A stretch of DNA of 64,000 nt. Source: Callorhinchus milii. Lineage: Eukaryota. The notes beneath the pieces were generated by a model. The model saw nothing but the letters and a program-made list of their open reading frames with translations. It was not told the DNA's origin and did not search any database. Shown one piece after another: positions 39,273 through 53,339 of this stretch. The stretch covers positions 18,912,001 to 18,976,000 of the forward strand of contig NW_024704742.1 of assembly GCF_018977255.1 (NCBI RefSeq), in the 5' to 3' direction. The position numbers were made by a program, and so were the translations under genes. Numbering within the stretch: position 1 is the first letter of the stretch; each line of letters opens with the position of its first letter.

Positions 39273-39698
39273 GATGGCGGAAGTTCAGAGAGGATATTAG
39301 CAGCAATATTAATGATAGGGACATTTGTGGGGGGGTGGGGGGGGGGAGAGAGAGAGAGAAAAAAAAACAAGGCGTGCGCTGTGGGGGCGAGAGAGGGAGA
39401 GAGAGAGGGAGAGACACACACACACACACACACTGAGTGGGTGAGTGAGTGAGGGGGAGAGAGGGAGGGAGGGAGGGAGGGGGGGAGAGGGTGAGGTGAG
39501 GGAGGGGAGCGCTTCTTCCGATCAGTCAGTGGCTTTCTCACACCGGCCGCTCTCTACCGGGCAGCCTGGCGGGTGCGGGGGGCCCGGGGTACCAGCATTT
39601 CCAGCAGATTATCACATAGTGGCTTCCACATTCCGATCCAAAGCAACTCCTTCCTTCCTTTCTTCCTTTCCTTTCCTTTCTTTTTTTCCTCTCTCTCC

Positions 39699-39734
<36 letters not shown>

Positions 39735-40443
39735 CCTCCCTCCCTCTCTCTCTCTCTCCCCCACTCCCTCCTTCTCTTGTCAACGTTAAACCGAATCCAG
39801 CGACGGTGCCGACCTCCCCCGCACCTCTCTCTCTCTCTCTCCCTCTCTCTCCTTCTCTCTCTCTCTCTCTCTCTCTCTCGACGGCTTTGCTACGAGGGTG
39901 AGTTGAAGTGACCCCGACTTTCGCGCTGTGTAAGTGCCGGACGCCAAGTCTCTGCTGCAAAAAGAAAACAGGCGCAGCCCCAGCGCTCTCTCCCCACACC
40001 TGTCAACTTTTATAAACTTCTGGATAACTTTTTTTTTCTCTATCCCCCCCACCCCCACCCCCCCCCCGCAAAAAAAAACAACCCCCACCACCACCACCAC
40101 CACCTCCACCACCTCCTCCCAAATCTTCTCCTTAAATCGACGATCGTTTTGTTGCTTTTTGCTCCTTCCCTTTAAAACATCAGATGGCAAAGTTGTCCCT
40201 CTCTCTCTCTCTCTCTCTCCACGCACACACACACACACTTGTGTGTCTTTTTCTCTCTCCTTCTAAATAAACTTTTATGTTCAGTTAAAAAGTAGTGAAA
40301 AAGTTTCCTTTGAGAAGGAGGTGGCTCGGGAGAGAACAGCTGGATTGCATTATTCCTCCCATAACACTTTCAAGTTACTTTTTGTTACATGTTTCGAAAA
40401 AAAAAGAAGTAAAAAGAAGTTGATTTGAGTGTTTTTTTTCTGT

Positions 40444-40481
<38 letters not shown>

Positions 40482-41100
40482 CCTCTCTCTCACTCTCTAT
40501 CTCTTTCTCTCTCGGTCGACTTTCAAACTCCAACCCAAAAAGAGAGATGGTTTAAAGTGCTGACTGCCTGTTACAGGGTTCTGGCTCACTGCAGGGTCTC
40601 TCCCCCCCACCCCCCTCCACCCCAAACCCCCCAAACCCCCCCCCCCTACCCAGTCAGTCCCTGATCTGCTCAGACACTGCTGTGTGGGTTGTGCTCTGAG
40701 TTCAGGGTGAACACAGACTGCCAACTGGCGACACAACAGGTGGTATAATATTGCTGGTTGCAAACCCCTCCGGAGGCAAAAAAAAACTTCAGACATCAAT
40801 CTCCACAGAGAAAGCTTAATCCTCACGTTCGGTTGGTTTGCAGGTCAAAGCCTCCCCCCCCCCCCCCCCACACACACACACACACCACCCCCCACCCTTC
40901 GGAGTGTTTGCTAAGCTGTGCAGGGCATCTAGGAAACTTTTTTTTAAAAAAAATCTCCAGATCTGTCCAGTAAAATGGTACCAATCGCTCATAAACTTGG
41001 ACTTCAGTCAGTCTGACACTACACCGGAGTACAATACAGGGCGAGAGGAGCGCGAGTGTGAAGGATCTGCGCTGAGTTTCAGATCAGTGTGAAGATCAGT
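39273..41100. promoter_or_regulatory. CpG-rich, (GA/CT)n-rich promoter and 5'UTR region
   Basis: CpG density is high relative to the window (e.g. 39540-39590, 39795-39990), with long CT/GA, poly-C and CA tracts and no recognisable SINE/LINE. It is adjacent to the ATG exon. Confidence 0.7.
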
Positions 41101-42654
41101 GAACTTTGCTCGGGTTTATTCAGTGCAGGTTTATGTACTGCAATGTACCTGCACTTACTTCATCCACCGAATCCATAAATCGATGGCATTTTATTCCTTT
41201 GGCTCTTGCAGAGACTCTGCACCGACTTCCCAGAAAGTATGAGGATAAGGCTTTTACTGCCTGTCCCCACCCCCGCCCCGGGAGAGGGTAATAATTGCCA
41301 TTAAAAAAAATGTCATGCAATTTTCGAGCAGAAAATAGACCTGAAATCACCCGAAAGCAGGTATCAGAAAGGACAGAAAAGCGACTCAAATGAGTAAGTT
41401 ATGTGGCAAAGTCTAAGACAAAGGCGAAGAGTCCTCCCCTCAATTATGCTGCAAAACAGTATGAGTCAAAACCACTTGCAATGAAATGGTGTATTTTTAA
41501 ATAAGTTAACAAAGCTCACTGGACAATCGGTGCCTCGACAACCACAGCAGCCTATTATTTAACGTGTGTGTAAACAATGTGCACTTGTCTTCTTACTTAC
41601 TGTAAATAGTAAAGACAAAAACGCCTGTTAAAGTGGGATTCTGCTAAGAGGTGGCGTTTGCAAATCATCCATTGAGGCTGTCTGAGCGTCACCCTGTAAT
41701 TATTCTTTCATAATTATGATTTCGGAGATCAAAAGAAAGATCTGAGTTCCCTTTGAGCTGGCAAAATCTTGGCGTTGCAGACGGTTGCGACTTGCACAGT
41801 GTGTCTGCATATGTCATGCAGTGATTTCCACATTGAAGAAGTTCTGGAGAAAGAAACCACTGATCCTGCCAGGTGGTGTGTGTGTGTGTGTGTGTGTGTT
41901 AGTGTGTGCTGGTGCCTCGACATGCAACTCCACAATGTCACATCAATCTGAGAACAGTTTGCCACCATCAGTTCTTAACCTTCCAAAATCAGATCCCTCT
42001 TATTAAATTGGTCGGGCAAAACCTCCCGAGGAAAACGAAACGTGTTGAACCCTCTCTGTTACAAGCGTTCAGTGTCAGGAGCAATGAGCAATTGAGCAAT
42101 GCTCCCCAGACTGGGTTTAATGTGGGGTTAAAGCTCCCTCTTCTCTGCTCCAACAATGCGTTTTAACCCGAGCCAAAGAAGAGCATCCCCTACTGGAGCA
42201 GTGTAACATCTTCCTGCCCACACCACACCAGCCCGGAGTGAATGTACTTTACCAATGTTAAAGGATGGCCATTTTATTGCAGGGACTTCCACCCACGAGA
42301 GAGTGGTTTCTGTCTGGATGAGCATAAAGTGCATGTACTGAGCATTATTTATCGTAAAAGTTAACAGTAAAATGGTAAAAAGTGACAATCCTTGCAACTG
42401 ATGTAGCACCTTTCGAACCGTTAGGACATCTGGAAGCGCTTCACAGCATATACTGTAAGGTATAGTGACTATTTTGCAGGTGAGATTACTATTGCAACGA
42501 CACATCATCAGCAGGTAAAGCTCACGTCTCTCACCATGTTTTTAAGCATGAAAGGTTAAATGCTATGCTTTGGGATTGAATTTACACCTAATGTCCAAAA
42601 CATGTTGCCCTGTTAGTGGTAATACAGGAAATGCAAAAAAAATTAAAGTAGATT

Positions 42655-43190
42655 TGCTAGGATGTTGCTCGGGATGGGGGGAATTCAGTTCAGATGGGAT
42701 TCGGTTATGAAGAGGGGGACTTAAAAACTTAGTTTTCACTGCAGCTGAGAAGGTTAAGGGGGAGAGCTGACAGAGGTCTTTGAGATTGTGAAGGATTATT
42801 ATAGGATAAATAGTAATTGATTGTTTCCCCTAGTGGATGAGACAGTAACTAGGAGACACAAATTTAAGAAAATCAAGAAAAAGTTTAAGGAGAAGATGGG
42901 AAACAATTCTTTAAGCAGAAGGTGGGGAGAATGGGTCACAAAGTGCAGTTGAGGTAGAGTCTGTGGGTTCTGTTAGAAAGCAATTGAAGGAAATTGGATC
43001 AAAACAACAACAAATTACATTTGTATAGCACCTTTCGTGTCGGGAGGACGTCCCAAGGCACTGGTTTATTATAGGTTTATTATTGTCAAAAGAGTATGAG
43101 GAGCAATCAGGAAAGAAGGGATTTAGATAGAGGAAGCATGGCTGAAATGATTGCCCAAATGGACTGTTTTTCTGTGCTGTACCATTCTCT
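42655..43190 (+). mobile_element. Old CR1 3' fragment with a short inverted L2 tail inserted (about 43003-43062)
   Basis: gagaaggttaagggggagagctgacagaggtctttgagattgtgaagg ... tttctgtgctgtaccattct. Confidence 0.75.
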
Positions 43191-46100
43191 AATACTTCCC
43201 TTCCAATTCTGAATAGACATCAAATAAGCAGAGGCTACATACACATCAAGACTCAGTAGTTGCCAGAAACATAAACCAGTGTGAATGCCTTCTCTCCACT
43301 CTATTCCTTGGGCCCAAAGCTTACCCAATGTGGCATTGCATTTCTGGCCCATGGTTTGTAGAATAAGACTGACAGCTTGCAGATAAGTTTAAATGGTAAT
43401 TAAAGCTGGCATTTCAAAACCACAGGCCACAACATGACTGGCCTTGGGTCCAACCATTGCACTTCAGCCAGTCTTTTGTTCTTGAATGACCACATTTATC
43501 AACAATGAGATCATTAACACACAATTGGTTCACAATTTTACAATTTCACAGGTCACAATTTTCACCTATTTTAGAGTGTTGTGGCAAAAGATAAAGGCAA
43601 TAATAATGTAAATAATAAAGCGCCTTTCATGTCAGGAAGATGTCTCAAAGTGATTTATAGCATGTACTGTGCGCAATTGGCTGCCGAGTTTCACCCACAA
43701 ATATACAGTCAATTTACTTTACAGTATATTCTGTGAAGCTCTTTGAGATGTCTCAACAACGTGATAAGGTGTAATATCAACTGCAAGGATGTTTTTTATT
43801 ACTATAAGGTGGAGTGACTGTATTTTGTCGGTGGACCTAACAGTAGAGGCTATATTGTAACTAGACTCAAAAGTTTAGTTGCACTTGGACAATTGCAAGC
43901 AAGAAATCTTCATGGAAAGTTCTGAAGCAAATTTAATTTGTATCAGCTGATAACTAACATACTTCAATAAAATTGAACAATAGGAGTCCTTCATTGCAGT
44001 GGCACAGTCCTAAATTGCTTTCTAATTCAGCCGAGCCAAACTCCATTAGGGAGATTCGCAGATAACAGAAGTGAAATTGTCAAGTGACCTCACAGAACAC
44101 AAAAAAAAACTTGCTTTGGTGCTCACCAAGATGGAGGAAATAGCTATCCTGTATTGTTAATGCATCCTTTATATTGTTGGGCTAGCTTGTCATCACTTGC
44201 AGTGGCAGAATGATTTGAAGTCGCAAAGATGTTTTATAGGTTATGTACCCTGGGTGGAGGCTGAGGAAAACTGTGCACATGTGAACATTGGGTGGTTTGT
44301 TTTAAGGGCAATAAACAACAAGAACAACAAGATTACATTTGTATAGAGAACTAATCTTCTATTCACTACAATTGAAACAATTAAGAATTCTGTGGATCGT
44401 TTAAGAACTTATAAACTTAATTCTTTTTACATTTTTAAAAAAAAGTAAACTGCTGTACAAATGCAATTTATATTATGGTAGCGCAGTCAATTTCTATAAG
44501 TGTTCTCATTGTGTCAATTCCATTTGGAAACCATGCAAAACGTGGAATTGAACTGAAATATTAAAAACTACAGTATACTGCAATTTAATGTAATTTCAAC
44601 CTATGTATAAACACTGCAGAATCTATATTGTAAATATTTATAAGTAAGTGATTATTTATTAATTACTTCATAACTTGGTCACTCAATCCATGACTGTTTG
44701 TGGGACACTGCTATGCGCAATTGGCTGCAGCGTTTTCCCCACAATACACACAGTCACTACACTTGAAAGATTAGTTACAAACTGCTTGGATACAGTAAGT
44801 GTACTGTCTGGGAAAACATTTGTTTTTAATTTACTTGTAAAGCCTATATCACTAATCTATTGCTTAGAAGGTTAAATAAGCGAGTAAAGTATTTTATGAA
44901 CGCGACAACTGAAGATACAATTCCACGCCCAAGTTTGCAATTTGTAAATCATTTCTTATTCTTGCTGTTGCTAGTTTTTGCTTGTATTTATATAGTTTCT
45001 AAATTCTGGGCTAATATTCTGACTTTCATCTGATAGTATTTTATAACTCCTTGCACCGAATGCTTTTGTCACAGTTCAAATATTGGGAGGAGGAAAGGGT
45101 TAAGTATTATTCAGAGTTTAACTTTCTCAATTCTGTTAAAAATCATATATGGCTCTATAAAAGGTCCTTTGTGAGATATCTCTTTTTGCTACCTTGTCTA
45201 ATTGTTGCTTATTACTCATCCCTCTAACCCTGGGGATCATCTCCATGTTCACTTCCACATTCGTTTTGCATTGAATGTACATTTTTCTCACAGAGAAATT
45301 TTCTTTACACTGTGGTTATAATAATAATAATAATACTTTAATTTGATATAGTGCTTATCACTTTAAAGCACTTCACAGAATATTGTAAATTCGATTGACT
45401 GTATTTTGTGGGCGAAATGCGCCTGCCAATTGCCACAGCAGTGTCCCACAAATAGTCGTGGATTAAGAACATAAGTACATAAGAAAGGCTAGGTGAAAAA
45501 TAGACCAAAGTCCATCTAGTTTGCCTTCCACCATCCTGGCATTCGCATTCACATATGTCCCAAACTGACTTGATTTTTTGGAGGGATTATTACCTTTGTT
45601 GAGGATGGAAATGCAGTACCAAACTGGAGACGCTGTTACCTCCTGATGTCAAGAGGTGCTCGTGGGAAAATACTGTTCCATCTCTGTATGATAACAATGG
45701 ATATTCTCACTTGCAAAAATGTTATTAAAAATGTATTAACATGATTGTCAGTAGTGGACGCCAGGAAATGGACCCGAATATCAGGTGACTTTGCTCTTGG
45801 GAAATTTTATGTTTTCTCTACTATTATTTGGATTGAAGAAATCATGGAAATAAATTTACAATGATTTGTGTATGCAATTATATCAGGCTTTTGCACACAT
45901 GTGAAACATCGCTTGACCAATCACTCTGGCACTGACACTTTTTCTTATGGAGCTGGATCTCTAAACTGCAGAGGCACCTGGTGGTCTGACTCCAAGGTGA
46001 GTGTTACCAATATTAAATGCTGTAAATGATGGTTATTTTGAAATGAGCTGCCTCTGGAGGCTGTCTTTTCTCAGTAGACAACTCGTAATAAAATGTGGTA

Positions 46101-46699
46101 TTACAGCTGGATTGTGGATCAAATACTAATGAATACAATACCTATTTTGAGATTAAGGGGCACTTTGTCGATATTAGGAATTATATTTCCCTTAAGCTTT
46201 AGTTGACTTGTGACTTTTAATTACAAATGGCAGCAGCTTCCAGGTCAAATGCAAAAGCTTGGTTACAATAAGTAATATTAAAGTTATAATATTTCTTAAA
46301 GTGATTATATATGTTGTACAAGTCTTCATTACTCTACAAGTTGTTTAGCATCTGAAAGATTTACTCTAAGACTCTTTTTTAAAATCATCTATTTCATATT
46401 ATTTGTGCTTATGTGCAGTTGTGTTCTATTGCTGTGTTATTTAACCAGTCTTTCATTAATAGACTTAATATGATTTAATTTGGCTAAAGCAATTGTCAGA
46501 TTGGAAACTTCTGATTTCTGAATGGTGATTCAAGTGTAGCTGGAGATTGTGTGATAACAATGAATTATCATAGGTAATATTGTTATATTCAGTTAAAATC
46601 ACTCCACTTAAAAAAATTGGTTAGTTAAAAAGACAGCAGTTCTAGTTCACAAAAGAGGTAGCCTGCTTATGCAAATTGTATATGTGCTTTTACATGAGA

Positions 46700-47385
46700 A
46701 GGGGAAAGCTGAAAGAGATCTAGGCTAGTCAGTTGACCATCACCCATCAAGTCAAACAGTGTGGGATGGCAATAAACAAGGCAAAGAGGTTGCTAGACTA
46801 TATTGCTAAGCAGTTCAGTTTCCCAGAAGTCAAACTCAAGCTGTATCATGCTCTGGTCAGGCACACCTCGAGTACTGCATACAGTTCTGATCATCTTGGC
46901 ACGAAGCGGGTAGCCCAAGCTCTAGAGAAAGTGCAGAGTAGAGCAACGAGGATGATCCCCATTGTCAGAGGAATGAGTTACAAGCAAGAATTAGTCAAGC
47001 TATGCTCTTCAGTCTTAACAAGAACATCTCAGAGGGGACCTTATAAAAGTATATAACATTTTAAATGAGTTGACAAAGTAAACCCAGAACAATACTTTCT
47101 CATACAATGAGACAATAGGGCAAGAGGTCATGGATTTAGGGTTGCAAAGATAATTTCAAGGCAGACATCAGGAAGTTTGTTTTATATTATAATAACAATA
47201 ATTTTTAACTCAGAGAGCAAATAATAGTTGGAACAGGTTGCCAAGAAGGTTGCATGAGGTCAAAACACTGGATTGATTTCAAAAGCAGCTGATGCTCTGA
47301 TAGGAAGATGGTAAAGTGTATATTTTGGAAGGTTGAGATCAAATAAGTCGAAAGGCCTTCGTCCAAATCTCTCTTGTGATCTTGC
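46700..47385 (+). mobile_element. CR1-type LINE 3' fragment
   Basis: ORF KLKLYHALVRH...ALEKVQSRATRMIPIVRGMSYKQEL. Confidence 0.85.
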
Positions 47386-48059
47386 GAAAACCTATCAAAA
47401 GCCTTTACTCATTGTAACAGCTTTATTGACATTGAGCTTAAGTCATAATTCTAAACTGCTTGCAGCAACGTAATGTTGTTCTGTCTGTCTTAACCATTGA
47501 TGCCAAGAACATTTTCTTTTCAGGATAGATTTTGTTCCAACAAAGCTTACCTTCCAGATGTCAAACAAGTTGCTTGCTGGAGGGCCCAGAAATTCAGTGG
47601 ATTCATAAAGAGTCTTGTCAAAGTAAAAGAGCAACTTTCAATTATCAGCATGTTTCTGCACGTTGCCATAAACAGCACGACCCAGGCTAGATTATGCATT
47701 TGGCAGTAAGGAATGTTATTAATATATTCCACTTTCATATTATCAAGAATATCACCATTGGTAAACTACTGTCGTGTTAGTATTGCTGAGAGCGAAAATG
47801 TTTGTCACTTGGCAATATAGTGGTGTGGAACAGGAAGCCCAATTTTATACAGTTGCACATTGCACAGTTTCGTGAAAAAAAACATTCGATTTCAACAGTC
47901 CTTGAATGGCCTGAGAGCTTTGGGCAGAATGCAGGAGAGTGAGCCCAGGCAATTTGTCACTGCCATGGATATACTACACAAACGTTCATGAAACCTCTGG
48001 CTCCAGATGACATCAGAAGCAGGCTCCAGCAATTTGCATTGCCTCAGGATTTATTCACA

Positions 48060-48365
48060 ATAATAATTTGTTGTGTTTGATGTAAGACCTTATTACTTCT
48101 TTGAAACATCTCAAAGCACTTCACATGATATATTGTAAAGTGAAGTGACTGTGTATTTTGTGGGCAAAACATGGCAGCCAATTGCACACAGCAATATCCC
48201 ACAAGCAGTCGTGACTGAGTGACCGATGTTTTTTTTGGAAGGGATTATTACCCCCAGAAAGCGATCTGCCAATCAACGAACAACTGGGTTCCTACTTAAT
48301 GCTAGGTAAACAGTGGAGTAAGGAAACTTGCTTAAAGTTTTGCCCCGCCTGGGAATCGAACCCGA
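48060..48365 (-). mobile_element. tRNA-derived SINE (long variant)
   Basis: Contains gggttcctacttaatgctaggtaaacag and the B-box complement gggaatcgaaccc. Confidence 0.85.
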
Positions 48366-48904
48366 TCTGGCAGTGCGATCAGGTTCACAGATCAGATGAA
48401 GGGTGTCTTTTCTGACTTTTAGTGTCTGAGACACCATCAGCTATTGAAGTCACTGAGCAGCAGACATCCTCAGTGGAATCAGTATGCCAGTTGGCAATAA
48501 GCAGAGAGCTATGTGTGGTGGTGGGTACTTTCCAAAGTACAAATGTAGCAGCAGCTGCTGTGGTGGAGATCGGGATTGCAAATGCTATAACAGGTGGCTT
48601 CAAAGCTTGAGCCAACATTTAGAGACTTTGATTAGTGCACGATTCTGGTACAGGAATCTGATTATTCCATGCAGTGGAATTCAGATTCCACATTACATTG
48701 AAACTCAAATGTCAGACAGTCACTGAAGAATAGTGCCTAAGGTCCACCCGTAATAGCGCCACGTGCCTGTGGAGTATGAAACCATGCTGCATCAAACACT
48801 TTCTGCAGGGTACCCAGGCAGCTAGGAGGTTCTATTACATCAACCTTCTCCTCTTCCAAAGCATGGTAATACAAGAGGATAGTTCCTATTTTTTATCTGC
48901 AGAC

Positions 48905-49345
48905 TGTCACAAAGAGCAAAGAGGATGATTCCCCAGAATTAGAGGAATGAGCTCTGAGCAATGAGTAGATAAGCTAGAGCATTTTAATCTTGAGAGAAGA
49001 TGACTCAGAGGGGACCCTATAGAGGTGTCTAAAATTTTAAATCGGATTGAAAAAGTAAACCGAGAACAATACTTTAGGATGCACCAAGACAAAAGAGCAA
49101 GAGGACATAGGTTTATATTTGCAAAGGGCAATTTCACTACAGATACCACAAAGTTTTTTCTTTACCCAGAGGGTGATTAACAACTGGAGCAGGTTGCCAA
49201 GGAAAATGATTGTGCAAGGACACTGGACTTATTTTAAGATCAGCTTAATGCTGAAATGAGAAGAATGGAAGGGTGGGTGTTCTGGAGGGATGAGATCAGA
49301 TGGGCCAACAGGGCCTTCTTCATTGGAACTAATCTGGTGATCTTA
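48905..49345 (+). mobile_element. CR1-type LINE 3' fragment
   Basis: Similar to 740-1195 (tactttaggatgcaccaagac, ggcaatttca). Confidence 0.82.
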
Positions 49346-49514
49346 TAACTTACCCTCAGAATAACAGGAGGACATATGGGAAGCACAGGAGATAATGGGC
49401 AACATTTCTGATGACCCTACCAATGAAGACATGTAGATCATTCCCATTGGCAATGCCCAAGATGTTTGTCATCTACAGCACAATAACATAGTAATATGCA
49501 CTCTTCTAAAAGAA

Positions 49515-49775
49515 CAGAGTTGAGGAAACATTTCTTCACTCAGAGGGTAGTGAATTTATGGAATTCACTACCTCAGAAGGCTGTAGATGCTCAGTCCTTG
49601 AACATTTTCAAGGCTGAGACTGATAGACTTTTAAAAAATAGAGGGATTAGGGGATATGGGCAGGTAATTAGAGTTAGGTCAGAAGATCAGCCATGATCTT
49701 ATCGAATGGCTGGGCAGGCTCGAGGGGCTGAATGGCCTACTCCTGCTCCTAATTCTTATGTTCTTATGTTCTTAA
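49515..49775 (+). mobile_element. CR1 3' end
   Basis: ORF ELRKHFFTQRVVNLWNSLPQKAVDA and a (TTCTTATG)n tail. Confidence 0.92.
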
Positions 49776-51609
49776 ATGTTATGCACACTTCTAAATATTA
49801 TGTGCAAATGTTTTGGGCCATCTCCACCTTGCTGAAATGCTTTAACTTTGACCATTATTAATGCTTACAATGTCCCTATGAATTCCAATGATCCTTGATA
49901 AAGTGCATATGATCGATCCCATTGATTGCACTGGCAGTAAAGGCTCAAATGGTGAAAAAATGAGTAATATAAGTGATTGGATGTCTTTGGTCCATGAAAC
50001 ATTCAAAGCTTATTTCAATGAATGTCAACAATCGCACTCGAAACCTATTCCATCTTTGACATTGAACATCCATCGTCAATAGAAATTATGCTTTTCTTGT
50101 TCAAATGTGCATAATACTGAATTACAATGAAGAGGATCCAATTCTATCTGTCACTCATCTTAGATTGCTACCACATTCCCTTACCATTCTTATGTAGACA
50201 CTCATATTCTGCTGAGGAATGACACCATCACTGGGACTCTACACGGAGCTGCTCATTCATCATTATCTTATTTCTTCAATGGCCCAACATGTTGACAGCC
50301 GTTCTGTCATTCTTAAAACAACTTACAGCAAATCATTTCAAAATTTTAAATTGTATTTAAAAAATTGGCAAATTATGGATGCTTTGAAATGTGGAGCAAA
50401 TTCAGTCAATCAAGATTCAGGTGCAGAGGGCAGTCTCTACCCTGTATTTCTGTAATTCAGCCACTCATCGGTTAAACTCACTGAAATATTGAGAGGAGCC
50501 AAACAAAGTAAACAATATTTACTTGACAGGCACTATCCATTAATGTAGTTACTGTTTAAAAGAATTCCAGTGAAGCCATGCAAAGTATCCAATGTTTTTC
50601 TCACTGGCCTCCCTAGTTTCCACCTCCATCTGCTCCAGTTCATCCAATATTATGCATCAAGCATTCTCTCCATACAAACTCTGTACATTCAATATCTCCA
50701 GCCCTGCCAGGTTCCACTAGTTTGATGCTGTAATGGGAGGATGGTTAGGTGGGTATTCTACCTTCTTCATCTGAACCTCCCTTGTTTTCTTGTGATTATA
50801 TATCCAATCAGACAGTTTCACAGAACAATTATCTGTGTCACTTTCTGATGCTAAGTGACTTTCTGTCATTTCCAGCATTATCTGTTTGTGTTTCAGATCT
50901 CCAGCTGTCACACATTTTTCTTCTTCTTCTGAATTCCAAGTACTTTATCTTGGAGCCATCTCAGTCCCAAGAAACCCTGTTTACCTCCCACCCCAAAAAA
51001 ATGCATTCTATAAAGTCCTCATTCCTCTTCCAGCTGTTTTACCTCTGAAAGTTTTACTCTAAGACTTTTTTCAATTTCATATTATTTATCTTATTCATAT
51101 TATTTCTGATTTTGTGCAATCTTCTATCTTCTAAAATTTGATTAATTTCTCATTATTATACAACTGATTTTTGGTTTAATTTGGCTAAATCAAGTGCCAA
51201 ATTAGGGATTCTGACTTCTGAATAGTAATTTGAGTGTAGCTGAAGACTATGTAATAACATATGAATTTTCATGTGCTGTGTAGATTTAAGTAAAAGCATG
51301 CCACTTAAAAAGCATGCTTCCTGTTAAGCGCTCTGAGACACTCCCCTGCATGAATGGCGCTATACAAATGAAAGTTGTTGATATTAAAAAGACTTGAGTT
51401 AGTCAAAAAGTGTGCAATTCTAGTTCACAAGAGTAGCAGTCTGCTCATGCAAATTTTGTACATACCTTAATCTGGGACAAACATTAAGGCCTGGGTGAGA
51501 CTTAATTTCTTCCACCTCAACATAGAAAAGAGAGAAGCCATTCCTTGGCTCTGCCAGTGTCTTTTCACTTCGGGCTTTAACCTTCTCAGCCTCCCTGGTC
51601 CTCTCTCTT

Positions 51610-51920
51610 AATAATAATAATAATCCTTGCATTTCATATAGCGCATTTCACGTCTTCTAGACATCTCAAAGCACTTCACAGCATAGACTGCAAAGTGAAT
51701 TGACTGTATATTTGTGGGCAAAATGCAGCAGCCAATGGCACACAGCAGTGTTCCACAAACAGTCGTGGATTGAAATGACCAATTTATTATTGCTTTTTTT
51801 TTAGGGATTATTATCAGGCGTGTGGAGTAAGGAAACTTGCCCAAGGTTTCACCCTGCCGGGAATCAAACCCAGGTCTCTCGCTTGCAAAGCGAGTGCCCT
51901 AACCACTGAGCTACATGACT
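51610..51920 (-). mobile_element. tRNA-derived SINE (short variant) within a decayed L2 (about 51490-52430)
   Basis: Near-complete match to 58387-58714 in reverse orientation. Confidence 0.92.
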
Positions 51921-53339
51921 CTTGCTCAAGCTCACTGAACCAGTGTGCAACATCGTGTTCAGTTCAATCCTCAGTTCATCTCTCTTCTTCACATTCAGTC
52001 CCTGACCATTTCTTCCCTACTTCCAGCATCGATTTATCTCCAGTGATACAAAATCTGACGTCCGCATCCTCACCCATGCCCACGAACCCAGTCCTCACTA
52101 TTTTTCACTGGTACCCTGTTTCCCAATGGATCAACTTTAGGGTCCTCATCCTACCTATAAATCCCATCACTTCCCAGCACCTCCCCATCTCTATGATCTA
52201 CTTCTACTTCACTCTTCTGTTTACCCCATATGCTCGGCTAGGAGATGCTGTATGTTCCTCTCCCTCCACATCATATTCACTCTCTTGCTCCTTCTCTATC
52301 TGCCTTTAAATCTCACATAAAAGTCTACCTGTTTGAATGCGCTCATGCTTGGCATCTAACAATGTTCTTGTGAAGCATTCTGAGGTATCTTACATGAAAG
52401 GCACTGTATAAAGGTAAGTTACTATTGTTGATGGTAACCTTAATTCATTGTAACACCTTGATTGGCAATGAGATTAATCCAGAATTCAAAAATGCTTGCA
52501 GCAATGAGATGTGGTTGGGGGTTGCAATCCCAGTGCTCTTTCAGAATACCGGGATTTTAGGATTGTATTGCTTCAAATTCTGGGATCCCAGATTTTACTT
52601 CTTCCGGGATACCTGAAGACAGAGACACTTATCAATTAAATTTTTTGACACAGGATAATTACATCTGAATATTTTGTTTTATTGCCAGTGTTTTCCTCTT
52701 TCATCTTTCCCTCCAAGGTGCTGACTCACACTTGGGATATGGCTCAATGTCAACCCTCCAGAACCTCATGCAACTAATTTTTCTTCATGTGAGTTCCAAA
52801 ACAATGATTGTTGATTGGCAACAGTGATGCATCATAACTGAGAGCAATACTGTCCTTACATAACTTGTATAACATGTAGTGCCTTTGGTGCAATGTGCAG
52901 TCAAATGCGCATGTCATGTCCCAAACTATAACTTTTCGCACCTTTGGCACAAATAAATGGATAGCAATTCCATGCATCACCATAGTGTTTTTTGAATGTC
53001 ACATTACTTGGGGAGGGTATTAAGTTGAGGATGGGTATGTTCAAATGCAAAGTTGCTGAGGGCTGTTTGCACGTGTTTTGGGGAGATACGCTATGCCACC
53101 CTATCAACAGAAAGAGTCTCACATTTTCACCTGTTCTGGGATAATTTTCTTAATGCAGGAAATGGTGTCATTTTGAGCTCAACAAAAGCACAATATATAT
53201 ATATGGCCCTTGGTAGGCCATAAACTATGTTTCTGTTAGTGGTGTAGACAACAGAATTGAAGGAGAGGATGGCAGGGTGTGGGGATGAAGAGGTGTGTAC
53301 AAGGGAGAAGATGGAGGAGTGGGTACAGAGGAACTGATG

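Noticed and set aside
39070..41092. Many overlapping low-complexity ORFs (RERE, SLSL, poly-P, poly-G)
   Set aside because: They derive from GA/CT/C microsatellites in the promoter region.
47900..53180. Possible Harbinger transposon remnants (SAING near 49930, CAFDCT near 52900, Ala/Val-rich ORF at 48422)
   Set aside because: Similarity to the GAIDGTH motif is only 4-5 residues and cannot be supported without a profile search.
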